Shown: positions 17,670-26,302 of the stretch, piece by piece
Layout of the letters: each line of letters starts with the position of its first letter
Numbering within the stretch: the stretch's first letter is position 1
From: Faecalibaculum rodentium
Lineage (GTDB): Bacteria; Bacillota_I; Bacilli_A; Erysipelotrichales; Erysipelotrichaceae
Assembly (NCBI RefSeq): GCF_001564455.1
Contig: NZ_CP011391.1
Span: 840,001 to 872,000, forward strand
DNA length: 32,000 nucleotides
Direction of reading: 5' to 3'
Program-made: the position numbers and the translations under genes
The notes under the pieces: model-generated
Seen by the model: the letters and a program-made list of their open reading frames with translations, nothing else
Told to the model about the DNA's origin: nothing
Database searches by the model: none

Positions 17670-18383
17670 TTATCTTCTGACAGAATATACAGACAGTTTG
17701 AACTTGTCGTATCTGTGGCGTGAAATTGAGTACTCAAACGGTGTACCGTTGTCCAGATAGGCAATCTGTTCAACCTCCAGTACAGGTTCTTCAGGCCGAA
17801 GCCCCAGTTCTTTCTGGTCCTGGCTGTTGGAAACCTGGGCTCTTGTGGTTTTTTGAGCCGAGGCGATTTTTTTGCCCAGTACTTCCTCGATATAGGTATA
17901 CACAGAATGAGTCAGGATATCTTCTGTGATGCCAGGTATTGTCTCCGGAGACATATAGGTGTGTTCCAGAACATAGGGCTGACCATCTATATTTCTGACT
18001 CGGAGGATATCATACAACGGATCGTTTTCACGAATCCCCAGGTGATCCGCAATGTCTTTGGGTGCGAAAATCAGTCGGAAATGCAGAAGCTTGGTATCCG
18101 CATGACCCTTCGCTGTCCGTGTAAAGCCCTGAAGTTCACGCTCCTGCAGCTCCACTTCCCCCTGATCCATACTCTTGGCAAGCACGAAGCTTCCCAGTCC
18201 CTGCTTCCTGTAAATATATCCTTCCTGTACAAGCATATCGTAAGCCTTTTTCACAGTCATCCGGGAACAGTTGTACTGCTCACAGACTGCGATTTCGTCA
18301 GGAAGCTGGTTGCCCGGCAAATAGGTTCCATCCAGAATCTTTGTTTTTGTATCGTCGTAAATCGTTTTGTATTTTGTTTTCAT
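17670..18383 (-). CDS. GntR family transcriptional regulator, HutC subfamily (wHTH + UTRA effector domain)
   Basis: Starts at MKTKYKTIYDDTKTKILDGTYLPGNQLPDEIAVCEQYNCSRMTVKKAYDMLVQEGYIYRKQGLGSFV. The C-terminal half is UTRA-like. It is divergent from the bgl/PTS operon. Confidence 0.88.
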   Translation of the reverse strand: MKTKYKTIYDDTKTKILDGTYLPGNQLPDEIAVCEQYNCSRMTVKKAYDMLVQEGYIYRKQGLGSFVLAKSMDQGEVELQERELQGFTRTAKGHADTKLLHFRLIFAPKDIADHLGIRENDPLYDILRVRNIDGQPYVLEHTYMSPETIPGITEDILTHSVYTYIEEVLGKKIASAQKTTRAQVSNSQDQKELGLRPEEPVLEVEQIAYLDNGTPFEYSISRHRYDKFKLSVYSVRR

Positions 18384-18693
18384 TGAAACGAACCTTTCGA
18401 TGTCAAGTATATAGAGAATGTCTAAGGTATGCAATTGTATAAATGTATGAGAATTTGATATTGACTATACAATACTGCCCGATTATGTGATTTGCTCTGT
18501 GAACGCAAGGCAATGTGAGAGAAGCGTATGGAAGAAAACGCTTTTTCCCGCCTATCCTCGGCTTGTCGCACTCGGCCGCTCTAATTAGAATAGACAAATA
18601 AACTCATAAAAACAGTCTAAAGATCGATAAAAGACTAGACAATTAATATATAAGCGGTATACCATAAGGCCGTAAGGAACAAAGGAGAGCACG

Positions 18694-20106
18694 ATGGAAA
18701 CTAAACTCACATTTCCGTCCGGATTCTGGTGGGGAGCTGCCAGCAGCGGTCCACAGACAGAGGGATGGTTTGGAAAACGTCACGAAAATGTCATGGACAA
18801 ATGGTATCGAGTCCAGAGGAATGACTTCTTCAATGGTGTTGGACCCGATGTGGCCAGCGACTTCTACCACAAGTATCCGGAAGATTTCAAGCTGTTCAGG
18901 GAAATCGGACTGAACTCATTCCGGACCTCCATACAGTGGTCGCGTCTCATCAGAGATCTGGAGACAGGGGAACCGGATCCTGAAGGTGTCAGGTTCTACA
19001 GGGACATGATTACAGCGGCGAAGGAAAACGGAATCGAACTGATTCTCAACCTTCATCATTTCGATTTGCCTGATGAGCTTCTGGAGAAATATGGAGGATG
19101 GGAAAGCAAACATGTCGTCGATCTGTTCGAAAAGTTTGCAAAGACCGCTTTTGGCCTGTTTGGAGACGATGTGAAGTACTGGACTACCTTCAATGAACCC
19201 ATGGTGATTCCGGAAGCCGGCTATCTTTACGGATTTCACTATCCGAAGTATTCCGGCAAGGGAAAAGAAGCCGCACAGATTGTCTACAACATCAATCTGG
19301 CCAGCGCAAAAGCCATCAGGGCATTCCGTGAAAGCGGAAAAGACGGAGAAATCGGCATTATCCTGAACCTGACACCTGCCTATCCCAGATCGGATTCCAG
19401 GGAGGATACCGAAGCTGCCAGACTTGTGGATGGTTTCTTCAACAGGTCGTATCTGGATCCGGCGGTCAAGGGTGAATTCCCGAAGGATGTGGTGGAAGTT
19501 CTGGAAAAAGATGGTGTCCTTCCTGCCTGGACACAGGAAGAACTGGACCTGATCAGGAACAACACTGTGGATTTCCTCGGCGTGAACTACTATCACCCGA
19601 AGCGGGTGAGAGCAGCCGAACAGGCAGACCGCGAACAGTGGAAAGACTGGATGCCTGACTGGTATGGGGTGGAATGGGAATGGCCTGAAGCCCGGATCAA
19701 TCCATACCGAGGCTGGGAAATTTATCCGAAGGCCATGTACGATATCGCCAAAAACGTCCAGGACAACTATGGAAACATCAAATGGTTTGTTTCCGAAAAC
19801 GGAATGGGTGTTGAAGGGGAAGAAAAGTACCGCAAGGCAGACGGATCAATCGAAGATGACTACCGGATCGACTTCTACAAGGAGCATCTTGAGCAGCTTC
19901 ATAAAGCCATCGAAGAGGGATCCAACTGCATAGGCTATCATCCCTGGACAGCCATGGACTGCTGGAGCTGGAACAACGCCTACAAAAACCGGTACGGCTT
20001 CATTGCCGTGGACCTGAACGACCAGAGCCGGACGATCAAGAAAAGCGGCCGGTGGTTCAGAGAGGTATCGGACAACAACGGCTTCATCATCGAAGAAAAC
20101 AAGTAA
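18694..20106 (+). CDS. Glycoside hydrolase family 1, 6-phospho-beta-glucosidase
   Basis: FPSGFWWGAASSGPQTEG, TFNEP (acid/base) and SENGMG (nucleophile) motifs. RBS is AAGGAG. Confidence 0.92.
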   Translation: METKLTFPSGFWWGAASSGPQTEGWFGKRHENVMDKWYRVQRNDFFNGVGPDVASDFYHKYPEDFKLFREIGLNSFRTSIQWSRLIRDLETGEPDPEGVRFYRDMITAAKENGIELILNLHHFDLPDELLEKYGGWESKHVVDLFEKFAKTAFGLFGDDVKYWTTFNEPMVIPEAGYLYGFHYPKYSGKGKEAAQIVYNINLASAKAIRAFRESGKDGEIGIILNLTPAYPRSDSREDTEAARLVDGFFNRSYLDPAVKGEFPKDVVEVLEKDGVLPAWTQEELDLIRNNTVDFLGVNYYHPKRVRAAEQADREQWKDWMPDWYGVEWEWPEARINPYRGWEIYPKAMYDIAKNVQDNYGNIKWFVSENGMGVEGEEKYRKADGSIEDDYRIDFYKEHLEQLHKAIEEGSNCIGYHPWTAMDCWSWNNAYKNRYGFIAVDLNDQSRTIKKSGRWFREVSDNNGFIIEENK

Positions 20107-20135
20107 ATCACAGAATCTTAAAGAGAGAGAAAATC

Positions 20136-21479
20136 ATGGAAAACACAGAAAAGAACAGCTTCATTACCAGGTTTGCTGACTTTGCAGCCAGATTCGGTAA
20201 TCTCCTGTATCTGCGCACCCTGCGTGACGCATTTGCCACAATCATGCCGCTTTACATTCTTGCCGGCATTGCCGTACTGCTGAACAACACCGTATTCACC
20301 TGGATCTTCTCTGGCGATACGCTGACAACCGTCCAGTACTGGGGCAACGCTCTGGTAAACGGAACCCTGAATATTTCCGGTCTGCTCATTGCAGCCACGA
20401 TTGGCTACTGCCTGTCTGTAAACCGTGAATTCAGCAACCCTCTCTCCACGGCCGTGGTTGCGGTTGCAGGTGTCGTTGTCATGATGCCGATGCAGGTGGA
20501 ACTGGTTCCTGTTGCAGAAGGCGCCAGTGCTGATATCTTCTCTGGTGTCCTCACCTACAACAACCTGGGTACAGGCGGCATGTTCGGCGGCATTCTGATC
20601 GGTCTGCTGATCTCCGAACTCTACATCAAGCTTTCCACAATAAAGCAGCTGCAGATCAACCTCGGCAACCAGGTTCCCCCCGCAGTGGCCAAATCCTTCA
20701 ACGTTCTGATTCCTGTCATGCTGTCCCTTGCCATCTTCGCCATCATCGCGACTCTGATCTCCATGACCGGCACGGACCTCATCAGCATCATCAAGAACTT
20801 CATTCAGACCCCGCTGAAAAACATCGGTACGTCCCTCTGGGGTACTGTGATTCTCTACACACTGGGCAACCTGCTCTGGCTGTTCGGCATTCACCAGTCT
20901 GTCATCTACTCTTCCATACTTGAACCGCTGCTGATCATCAACATTCAGGAAAACATCGCGGCGTATGCAGCCGGTGAAGCGATTCCGAACATCATCAACG
21001 TATCCCAGGTAACTTCCTTCGGCCTTCTCGGCGGTTCCGGATCCACAATCTGCCTGCTGATTGCCACATTTCTGATTGGCAAGAACGCTGCGACAAGAAA
21101 CGTGGCCAAACTGTCTGCTGTTCCGGGTCTGTTCAACATCAACGAACCGGTTCTGTTCGGATACCCCATCGTGTACAACATTTCCATGGCAATTCCGTTC
21201 CTGGTGGTTCCTGTTGTCGGCATCATCATTTCCTACTTCGCAACAGCTCTGGGCTGGATGAACCCCTGCGTGACTCTGGTACCCTGGACGACTCCTGTAC
21301 TGCTGTCGGGCTTCCTGGCTACTGCCGGTGACTGGAGAGCGGTCATTGTTCAGGCTGTTGTGCTGGTGCTCGGGGTCCTGATCTACATGCCGTTTGTCAA
21401 AGTCAACGACCGTGTTATGGAGCGTCAGGCTGCGCAGGCTGAAGAAGAGGATGATGACAGCGTATTTGATCTGGACTGA
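20136..21479 (+). CDS. PTS lactose/cellobiose family EIIC permease
   Basis: 447 aa polytopic protein starting at MENTEKNSF. It has the pattern typical of the CelB/LicC family (...LRDAF...MPL.I.G...NINEPVLFG.PIV.N). The track ORF was trimmed from 20052. Confidence 0.9.
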   Translation: MENTEKNSFITRFADFAARFGNLLYLRTLRDAFATIMPLYILAGIAVLLNNTVFTWIFSGDTLTTVQYWGNALVNGTLNISGLLIAATIGYCLSVNREFSNPLSTAVVAVAGVVVMMPMQVELVPVAEGASADIFSGVLTYNNLGTGGMFGGILIGLLISELYIKLSTIKQLQINLGNQVPPAVAKSFNVLIPVMLSLAIFAIIATLISMTGTDLISIIKNFIQTPLKNIGTSLWGTVILYTLGNLLWLFGIHQSVIYSSILEPLLIINIQENIAAYAAGEAIPNIINVSQVTSFGLLGGSGSTICLLIATFLIGKNAATRNVAKLSAVPGLFNINEPVLFGYPIVYNISMAIPFLVVPVVGIIISYFATALGWMNPCVTLVPWTTPVLLSGFLATAGDWRAVIVQAVVLVLGVLIYMPFVKVNDRVMERQAAQAEEEDDDSVFDLD

Positions 21480-21568
21480 TGTGCAGATCTGCTGATTCGC
21501 TGCAGAACGCAAGTATTACAACAAAATGAGAAAGACCCGTGCCGAGGGCCGGGCGAGAGGTACAAATT

Positions 21569-21886
21569 ATGAAAAACATTCTTCTGGTCTGCAATGCAGG
21601 CATGTCCACATCCATTCTGGTCCGCAACATGCAGAATGCAGCCAAGGAACTTGGGGTTGACTGTCATGTGGAGGCGAAATCACTCACAGCTGCAAAGAAA
21701 GATCTGAGTGGTGTCGATGTCATTCTTCTGGGTCCCCAGGTGGGTTTTGAGCTGAAGAACGTCAAGGAGATGGCGCCGTCAATTCCGTCCGCAGTCATTG
21801 ACATGAAGGACTACGGATCCATGGACGGCAAAAAGGTCCTGCGTACTGCCTACAAGCTGATGAAAGCCGCCAAAGCGCAGGCATAA
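21569..21886 (+). CDS. PTS lactose/cellobiose family EIIB component
   Basis: MKNILLVCNAGMSTSILV contains the phospho-cysteine loop. Start trimmed from 21539. Confidence 0.9.
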   Translation: MKNILLVCNAGMSTSILVRNMQNAAKELGVDCHVEAKSLTAAKKDLSGVDVILLGPQVGFELKNVKEMAPSIPSAVIDMKDYGSMDGKKVLRTAYKLMKAAKAQA

Positions 21887-21982
21887 TCCGGCTTGAATCT
21901 GAGAATGATGTGGGCGGAAAAGACTTCCTGATTACTGCCAAAACATACTTAAAAGACGGCTTCGTCATTCATACACGACAAC

Positions 21983-22017
21983 AGTCTCCGGAACCGAACC
22001 CTCCGGAGGCTGTTTTG
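21983..22017 (+). terminator. Intrinsic terminator of the bgl/PTS operon, which is also the intron homing site
   Basis: 10 bp stem AGTCTCCGGA / TCCGGAGGCT with a 9-nt loop, followed by GTTTTG. Confidence 0.8.
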
Positions 22018-22554
22018 CTGGTGTGCCCGGCATGGCATACATCTAGGTGGTGAAAGTCCACTATGGGAGCGTATCATCGCAACCGCTAACCATTAGCCCA
22101 AGGCAAGGGGCTCTCTGGTAACAGGAGTTCTGAAAGAAGCCCGGCGGCAAAGTTCCGGCCTGAGGAACACGAATCGCATATAAGGCCATAGACGGAGACG
22201 AGCGTGCCAGACAGCGCAAATCATAATAGTTGCGGATGACTGTCTGTGGTAGATGCGGCAGGTGTATGGAATGAAAGATGTATGACCTTACCCGGGGAGG
22301 TCCTGTCAGCGAAAGGAACCATCAAGCCACGATGACACGCCTTCCGCAGTAACAACGAATGGCAGGAAGTCAGCCGAGGCCATAGTAACGAGGAAGTCCC
22401 TGTAATGGGGATGGAGTGAAGGGCCGAACGTACAATTTACTGCAAATATCAGGAATGCTTCCTGCACGAAAAACCGAGAAAGGACAAACCCAGAGAGCCC
22501 CTGAAGATGAGTAAGGAAGGGCAGTGCGGGAACACGTGAAAGAAAGGGGCAGTC

Positions 22555-23904
22555 ATGGACCAAATAAGACTGATACAGCCGGAAGACCTGAGCACACAGG
22601 AAATCTTCTCCATGGAGAACCTGACCAATGCGTGCAGACAGGTACGGCGAAACAATGGAGCTGCAGGGGTAGATGGAGTCAAAGCCAGAGAACTTCCTGC
22701 CTGCCCCGGAGAGTATTGGGAGCGACTGCGGGAACAGATACTGGACCGCAGTTATAAACCACTGCCAGCCAAAAGGACCGATACCCCGAAACCGGATGGG
22801 AGCATGCGGGGGCTCAATGTCCCGGCTGCCAGAGATAGAGTCATACAGGCCTGTCTGGCAAACTATCTGGATTATAGGAAGGACTTCGAGATGAGCAACA
22901 GCTCATACGGGTTCAGGAAGAACAGGAGATGTGAACAGGCGATACTGAAAGGCCTCGAGTTCATGAACGACGGGTATGACTGGATCGTCGACATCGACCT
23001 GAGGAAATTCTTCGACACGGTGGACCAGGACAGACTGATACGACTGATAGACAACCTGTTTTACAACAGAGATATAACTGCCCTGACGAGGAAATTCGTC
23101 AGGGCAGGAGTCATGATAGACGGCAGGCTGGTCAGGACAGAAAGAGGAATCCCACAGGGAGGACCTCTCTCGCCGGTACTGGCCAACATTTATCTGGACC
23201 AGGCCGACAAGGAACTGGAAAGCAGAGGGCTGAGATTCACAAGATACGCAGACGATATGCTCATCTATGTGAAATCGGAAGCCGCCGCCAACAGGGTGAT
23301 GAAGTCATTCAGCAATTATCTGGAAAAGAAGCTGAAGCTGGAAGTGAACGCTTCAAAATCGAAAGTGGCCAGACCGGATGAAGTGAAATATCTGGGGTTT
23401 GGCTTCAAAAGGAACAAAAGGGAATGGAAGGCAATACCGCATGAGAAGTCCATCCATGAGTTCGAACAGAAAATAATGAAGCTGACGAAGCGGAACTGGA
23501 GCGTATCCCTTGAAGAAAGGCTGGAGAAAATCAATCAGGTCATCAGGGGATGGAGCAATTATTTCAGATGCGCATGGCTGTATAAAAAGAACATGCGGAA
23601 ACTGGACAGCAAGCTCCGGAGAAGAATCAGGGCCATCATCTGGAAGCAGTGGAAAAGCATCAGGAAAAAAGAAGAGAGCCTCATCAAACTGGGATGTCCC
23701 AGAGACAAGGCTCACTCATATGCGTGTGCACGACAAGGATGTGTCCGTTGTGCAGTCACGTTCCTGAACAAGTATATCAGAAATATACACCTGAAGAAGA
23801 AAGGCCTCCTGACCATAGAGGAATACTTCGATACGGTGGCAGAAAGGTTCATGAAATCATTTGTACGAACCGCCCAGTGCCGAACGGCACGCTGGGTGGT
23901 GTGA
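22555..23904 (+). CDS. ltrA: Group II intron reverse transcriptase/maturase (no endonuclease domain)
   Basis: RT blocks are RVIQACLANYL, YGFRKNRRCEQA, DIDLRKFFDTV, GIPQGGPLSPVLANIYL and RYADDMLIYV. The maturase X region is INQVIRGWSNYF. There is no HNH/En module after it. Confidence 0.93.
   Translation: MDQIRLIQPEDLSTQEIFSMENLTNACRQVRRNNGAAGVDGVKARELPACPGEYWERLREQILDRSYKPLPAKRTDTPKPDGSMRGLNVPAARDRVIQACLANYLDYRKDFEMSNSSYGFRKNRRCEQAILKGLEFMNDGYDWIVDIDLRKFFDTVDQDRLIRLIDNLFYNRDITALTRKFVRAGVMIDGRLVRTERGIPQGGPLSPVLANIYLDQADKELESRGLRFTRYADDMLIYVKSEAAANRVMKSFSNYLEKKLKLEVNASKSKVARPDEVKYLGFGFKRNKREWKAIPHEKSIHEFEQKIMKLTKRNWSVSLEERLEKINQVIRGWSNYFRCAWLYKKNMRKLDSKLRRRIRAIIWKQWKSIRKKEESLIKLGCPRDKAHSYACARQGCVRCAVTFLNKYIRNIHLKKKGLLTIEEYFDTVAERFMKSFVRTAQCRTARWVV
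23869..23900 (+). ncRNA. Group II intron domain V
   Basis: ACCGCCCAGUGCC-GAAC-GGCAC[GC]UGGGUGGU. This gives an 8 bp lower helix carrying the CGC triad, a 2-nt bulge on the 3' strand, a 5 bp upper helix and a tetraloop. Confidence 0.8.
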
Positions 23905-24173
23905 GAGGGTCTGATGACACCTACTCGATCTCGTGATCAGGCGATTCAGTCAATGCTGCTGGCAGAGACAGACGGGGTTCCGGAGGCCGGATTCCGGTTC
24001 AGAAGTGGTGAACGGACTCCGGAAAGCACAGAGAATGCAGGGTTCTGACACAGAAGTCTGTGGGCGACGCGGGGAATAATTCATCCGGGAGTGTATCCAG
24101 CAGCCTCTGCAGGCTTTTTCACATCCCGGTTCCATAGTATAATTATCAGACAAATCGGATGGGAGGGATATCG

Positions 24174-25556
24174 ATGGATATGCTGATACAGGATCAGATC
24201 GTGGAATGCATTGAACAGGAACACCTGTTTGAGGCTTCCACTCTTCTGGAAAAATATCTTCGGCTGGAAGGAAAAGACGAATTCTATTATCTGGCCGGAT
24301 CCGATATCCGCCTTGGCTATGAAGACTATCAGGGCGTCTGCACGCTTCTGGAGGAAGCCATGGAAACCGGCCTGACTGGCCCGCTGATCTGGGAACGGAT
24401 TTCTGAGGCGGAGATAGGCCTGGAGAATTACGATCAGGCCGGATTCTGGCTGGAAAAAGTGCTGGAGTCTCAGGACCTGGGGGAGGAAGACGAACCAAGG
24501 ATCCTGTTTGATCTGGGACGCTGCGCCATTGCCCAGGGGAATTATGAACAGGCCGTGATACATTTTGAAGACATCCTTCTGGAGGAAGACAATGAAGAAA
24601 CGCGCTTTCTTCTGGGGATGTCCTATGGCGAGCTGCAGATGTACGAGCGGATGGATGATGCATTCCTGGGGCTACTTGACAAGCCGGAATACCGTGACAG
24701 GATTCTTGAGTACATGATGTACCAGGACAGTCCGGAGATTCTCCTGGACTACCTTGATCAGGCTGATTTCACCGAATTCGACCGCCTTCTTGCATTTTCC
24801 CAATACTGGCTGAATCATAACAGTCCTCTGGATGCTGCCGAAGCTATGGAAGAAGCCTGGACTCTGGAACATGATCCGGAGGTGCTTGCGAGCGCGGTTG
24901 TGCTGTATGGCCAGGCCGGAGACATCCGGCATGGACGCAGACTGTTCCTTGCACTCATGGACGTGGAAAAACCGGAGACAGATCCGGGCCACTTCACTGC
25001 GCTTCAGCTGGAAGCCCTGGAGGAAATGCAGTATGCCGACCGCACCTGCCGGAAGTATCTCGAGGCAATTCTGCGCAAGGGGGGGGACGATCCGGATTCC
25101 ACAATGCAGTGTGCGCAATTCTGCCTGAACCATGACATGGCGGATGTTGCCTATAAAATACTCAGCAGAAATCCGGAGAATATGCCCTTGACCCGCAGCC
25201 TGGAGTGGTGCCGCCTTCTGTCCCTGGCCTGTCTGCAAATCGAGCATTATCAGGAGGCCTATCACTGTCTGAAAGCCCATCAGGGGCTAAAAGACAGGAT
25301 GTACAGGAAAAATCTGGCCATAGCCAGTTACTGTACAGGTCGGTCCCGGGAAGCGCTCCATGAAAGTCTGGCCATTCTGCCGGACGGGATCGGTGCGATC
25401 ATTGCCTTTCTTGTCTATGATGAACGCGGGGAGCAGGACAAGGCCACGGAAGTGATCCGGCAGATGCAGAAGGCATTGGCAAAGAAGGAACCCATCGAAG
25501 ACATCTCCAATTTTATCGGGTTTCTGGAAGAGATCGCAGAGAAGACTGCCGCATGA
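24174..25556 (+). CDS. Hypothetical acidic all-helical protein with TPR-like repeats
   Basis: Repeated ...Y..A...(L/F)E.AL... helical pairs, for example GNYEQAVIHFEDILLEED and ENYDQAGFWLEKVLES. Start ATG 24174 follows a GGGAGGG RBS; the track start is 24159. No catalytic motif was recognised. Confidence 0.6.
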   Translation: MDMLIQDQIVECIEQEHLFEASTLLEKYLRLEGKDEFYYLAGSDIRLGYEDYQGVCTLLEEAMETGLTGPLIWERISEAEIGLENYDQAGFWLEKVLESQDLGEEDEPRILFDLGRCAIAQGNYEQAVIHFEDILLEEDNEETRFLLGMSYGELQMYERMDDAFLGLLDKPEYRDRILEYMMYQDSPEILLDYLDQADFTEFDRLLAFSQYWLNHNSPLDAAEAMEEAWTLEHDPEVLASAVVLYGQAGDIRHGRRLFLALMDVEKPETDPGHFTALQLEALEEMQYADRTCRKYLEAILRKGGDDPDSTMQCAQFCLNHDMADVAYKILSRNPENMPLTRSLEWCRLLSLACLQIEHYQEAYHCLKAHQGLKDRMYRKNLAIASYCTGRSREALHESLAILPDGIGAIIAFLVYDERGEQDKATEVIRQMQKALAKKEPIEDISNFIGFLEEIAEKTAA

Positions 25557-26302
25557 AAGCATGGCACAACCGGCTGGAATGGGCCGGTTTTTTTGCGGTT
25601 CTGTTCTGTATCTGGCAGGCAGCAGCAACATGGGTGCACAACGACATGATCCTTCCTGCTCCTTTGCAGGTTCTGCAGACCATGGAACAGCAGCTGGTGA
25701 GTCCGGTATTCCTTCCCACAGTGCTGATCTCTGTCGGGCGGGTGGCAGCTGCTGTGGTTCTTGCCCTGGGATCGGGGTTTCTGCTGGCCATGCTGGCGCA
25801 TCTGGTCCATCCTCTGGAATTTTTCATCACACGGCTTCTGCTTCTGCTTCGTTCGATACCAAATATAGCGTTCATCATCCTGATGCTTTTCTGGATGAAC
25901 AGGGAGGCAGCTGTCCTTCTTGTTCTCTGGCTTCTGCTTGTCCCGATTGTGTACTCTGCGCTGCTGGAGCGGATGGAAGAGATCTCGGCTCATTACAAAG
26001 ATGTCTTCCGGATCTACCCCCAGCCATGGTCTGTAAGACTCCGCGAAGCTTTTTTCCCGGAACTCGCAGGCACGTGGTCGGCTGCTGTCGTGACCGCCAG
26101 TTCTCTGGCTTGCAAAGCCGGCGTAATGGCTGAAATACTGTGTCAGGTCCCTGCCGGCATCGGACGTTCCATGCAGTCGGCACGGTTCGCACTGGATACC
26201 GCAGGAGTCATGGGATGGACGATCTGGCTGCTGCTGTTTGCGTTCGCTCTGGATGCTTTCTGGAAACGACTGCCCCTGTGGCTGGAAAGGATGCAAGGAT
26301 GA
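25553..26302 (+). CDS. ABC-transporter permease-like protein (BPD_transp_1, NitT/TauT-type fold), orphan
   Basis: Six predicted TM segments. ILPAPLQVLQTM...VGRVAAAVVLALGSGFLLAML...LLLLRSIPNIAFIILMLFW parallels SsuC/TauC-type permeases. Its start overlaps the upstream stop (ATGA). Confidence 0.65.
   Translation: MKAWHNRLEWAGFFAVLFCIWQAAATWVHNDMILPAPLQVLQTMEQQLVSPVFLPTVLISVGRVAAAVVLALGSGFLLAMLAHLVHPLEFFITRLLLLLRSIPNIAFIILMLFWMNREAAVLLVLWLLLVPIVYSALLERMEEISAHYKDVFRIYPQPWSVRLREAFFPELAGTWSAAVVTASSLACKAGVMAEILCQVPAGIGRSMQSARFALDTAGVMGWTIWLLLFAFALDAFWKRLPLWLERMQG

Larger units (their letters stand above)
22021..23929 (+). mobile_element. Bacterial class C (IIC) group II intron, apparently full length (~1.9 kb)
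   Basis: The 5' end is GTGTGCCCGGCATGG. Domain I blocks CTGAGGAACACGAA, CATATAAGGC and TTACCCGGGGAGGTC are present; from memory these resemble the Oceanobacillus iheyensis IIC intron. It has an RT/maturase ORF, domain V with a CGC triad at 23869-23900, and a domain VI-like helix with a bulged A at 23923. It ends in AT at 23929. The 3' boundary is inferred. Confidence 0.85.

Noticed and set aside
17494-17760. 88 aa plus-strand ORF and 69 aa minus-strand ORF (17564-17773) downstream of tRNA-Trp
   Set aside because: Both overlap the 3' end of the GntR gene and/or the structured inverted-repeat element. Neither has an RBS.
20118-21512. 464 aa minus-strand ORF, and similar long antisense ORFs at 8049-8780, 18916-19596, 23950-24663, 24672-25280, 25415-26296, 26143-27162, 27946-28791 and 30347-31135
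   Set aside because: Each is the mirror frame of a well-supported sense gene (EIIC, gdhA, GH1, the TPR protein, the permease, GT2, ffh, trmD). Their compositions are skewed (D/N/Q/R/H/G-rich or Pro/Arg-rich) as expected for antisense of those genes, and they have no RBS.
23983-24020. Second copy of TCCGGAGGC (also in the terminator 3' arm at 22002-22010) about 55 nt after the intron, considered as a target-site duplication
   Set aside because: Group II retrohoming does not duplicate targets. The shared 9-mer contains the palindrome TCCGGA, which recurs several times locally, and the flanks do not align.
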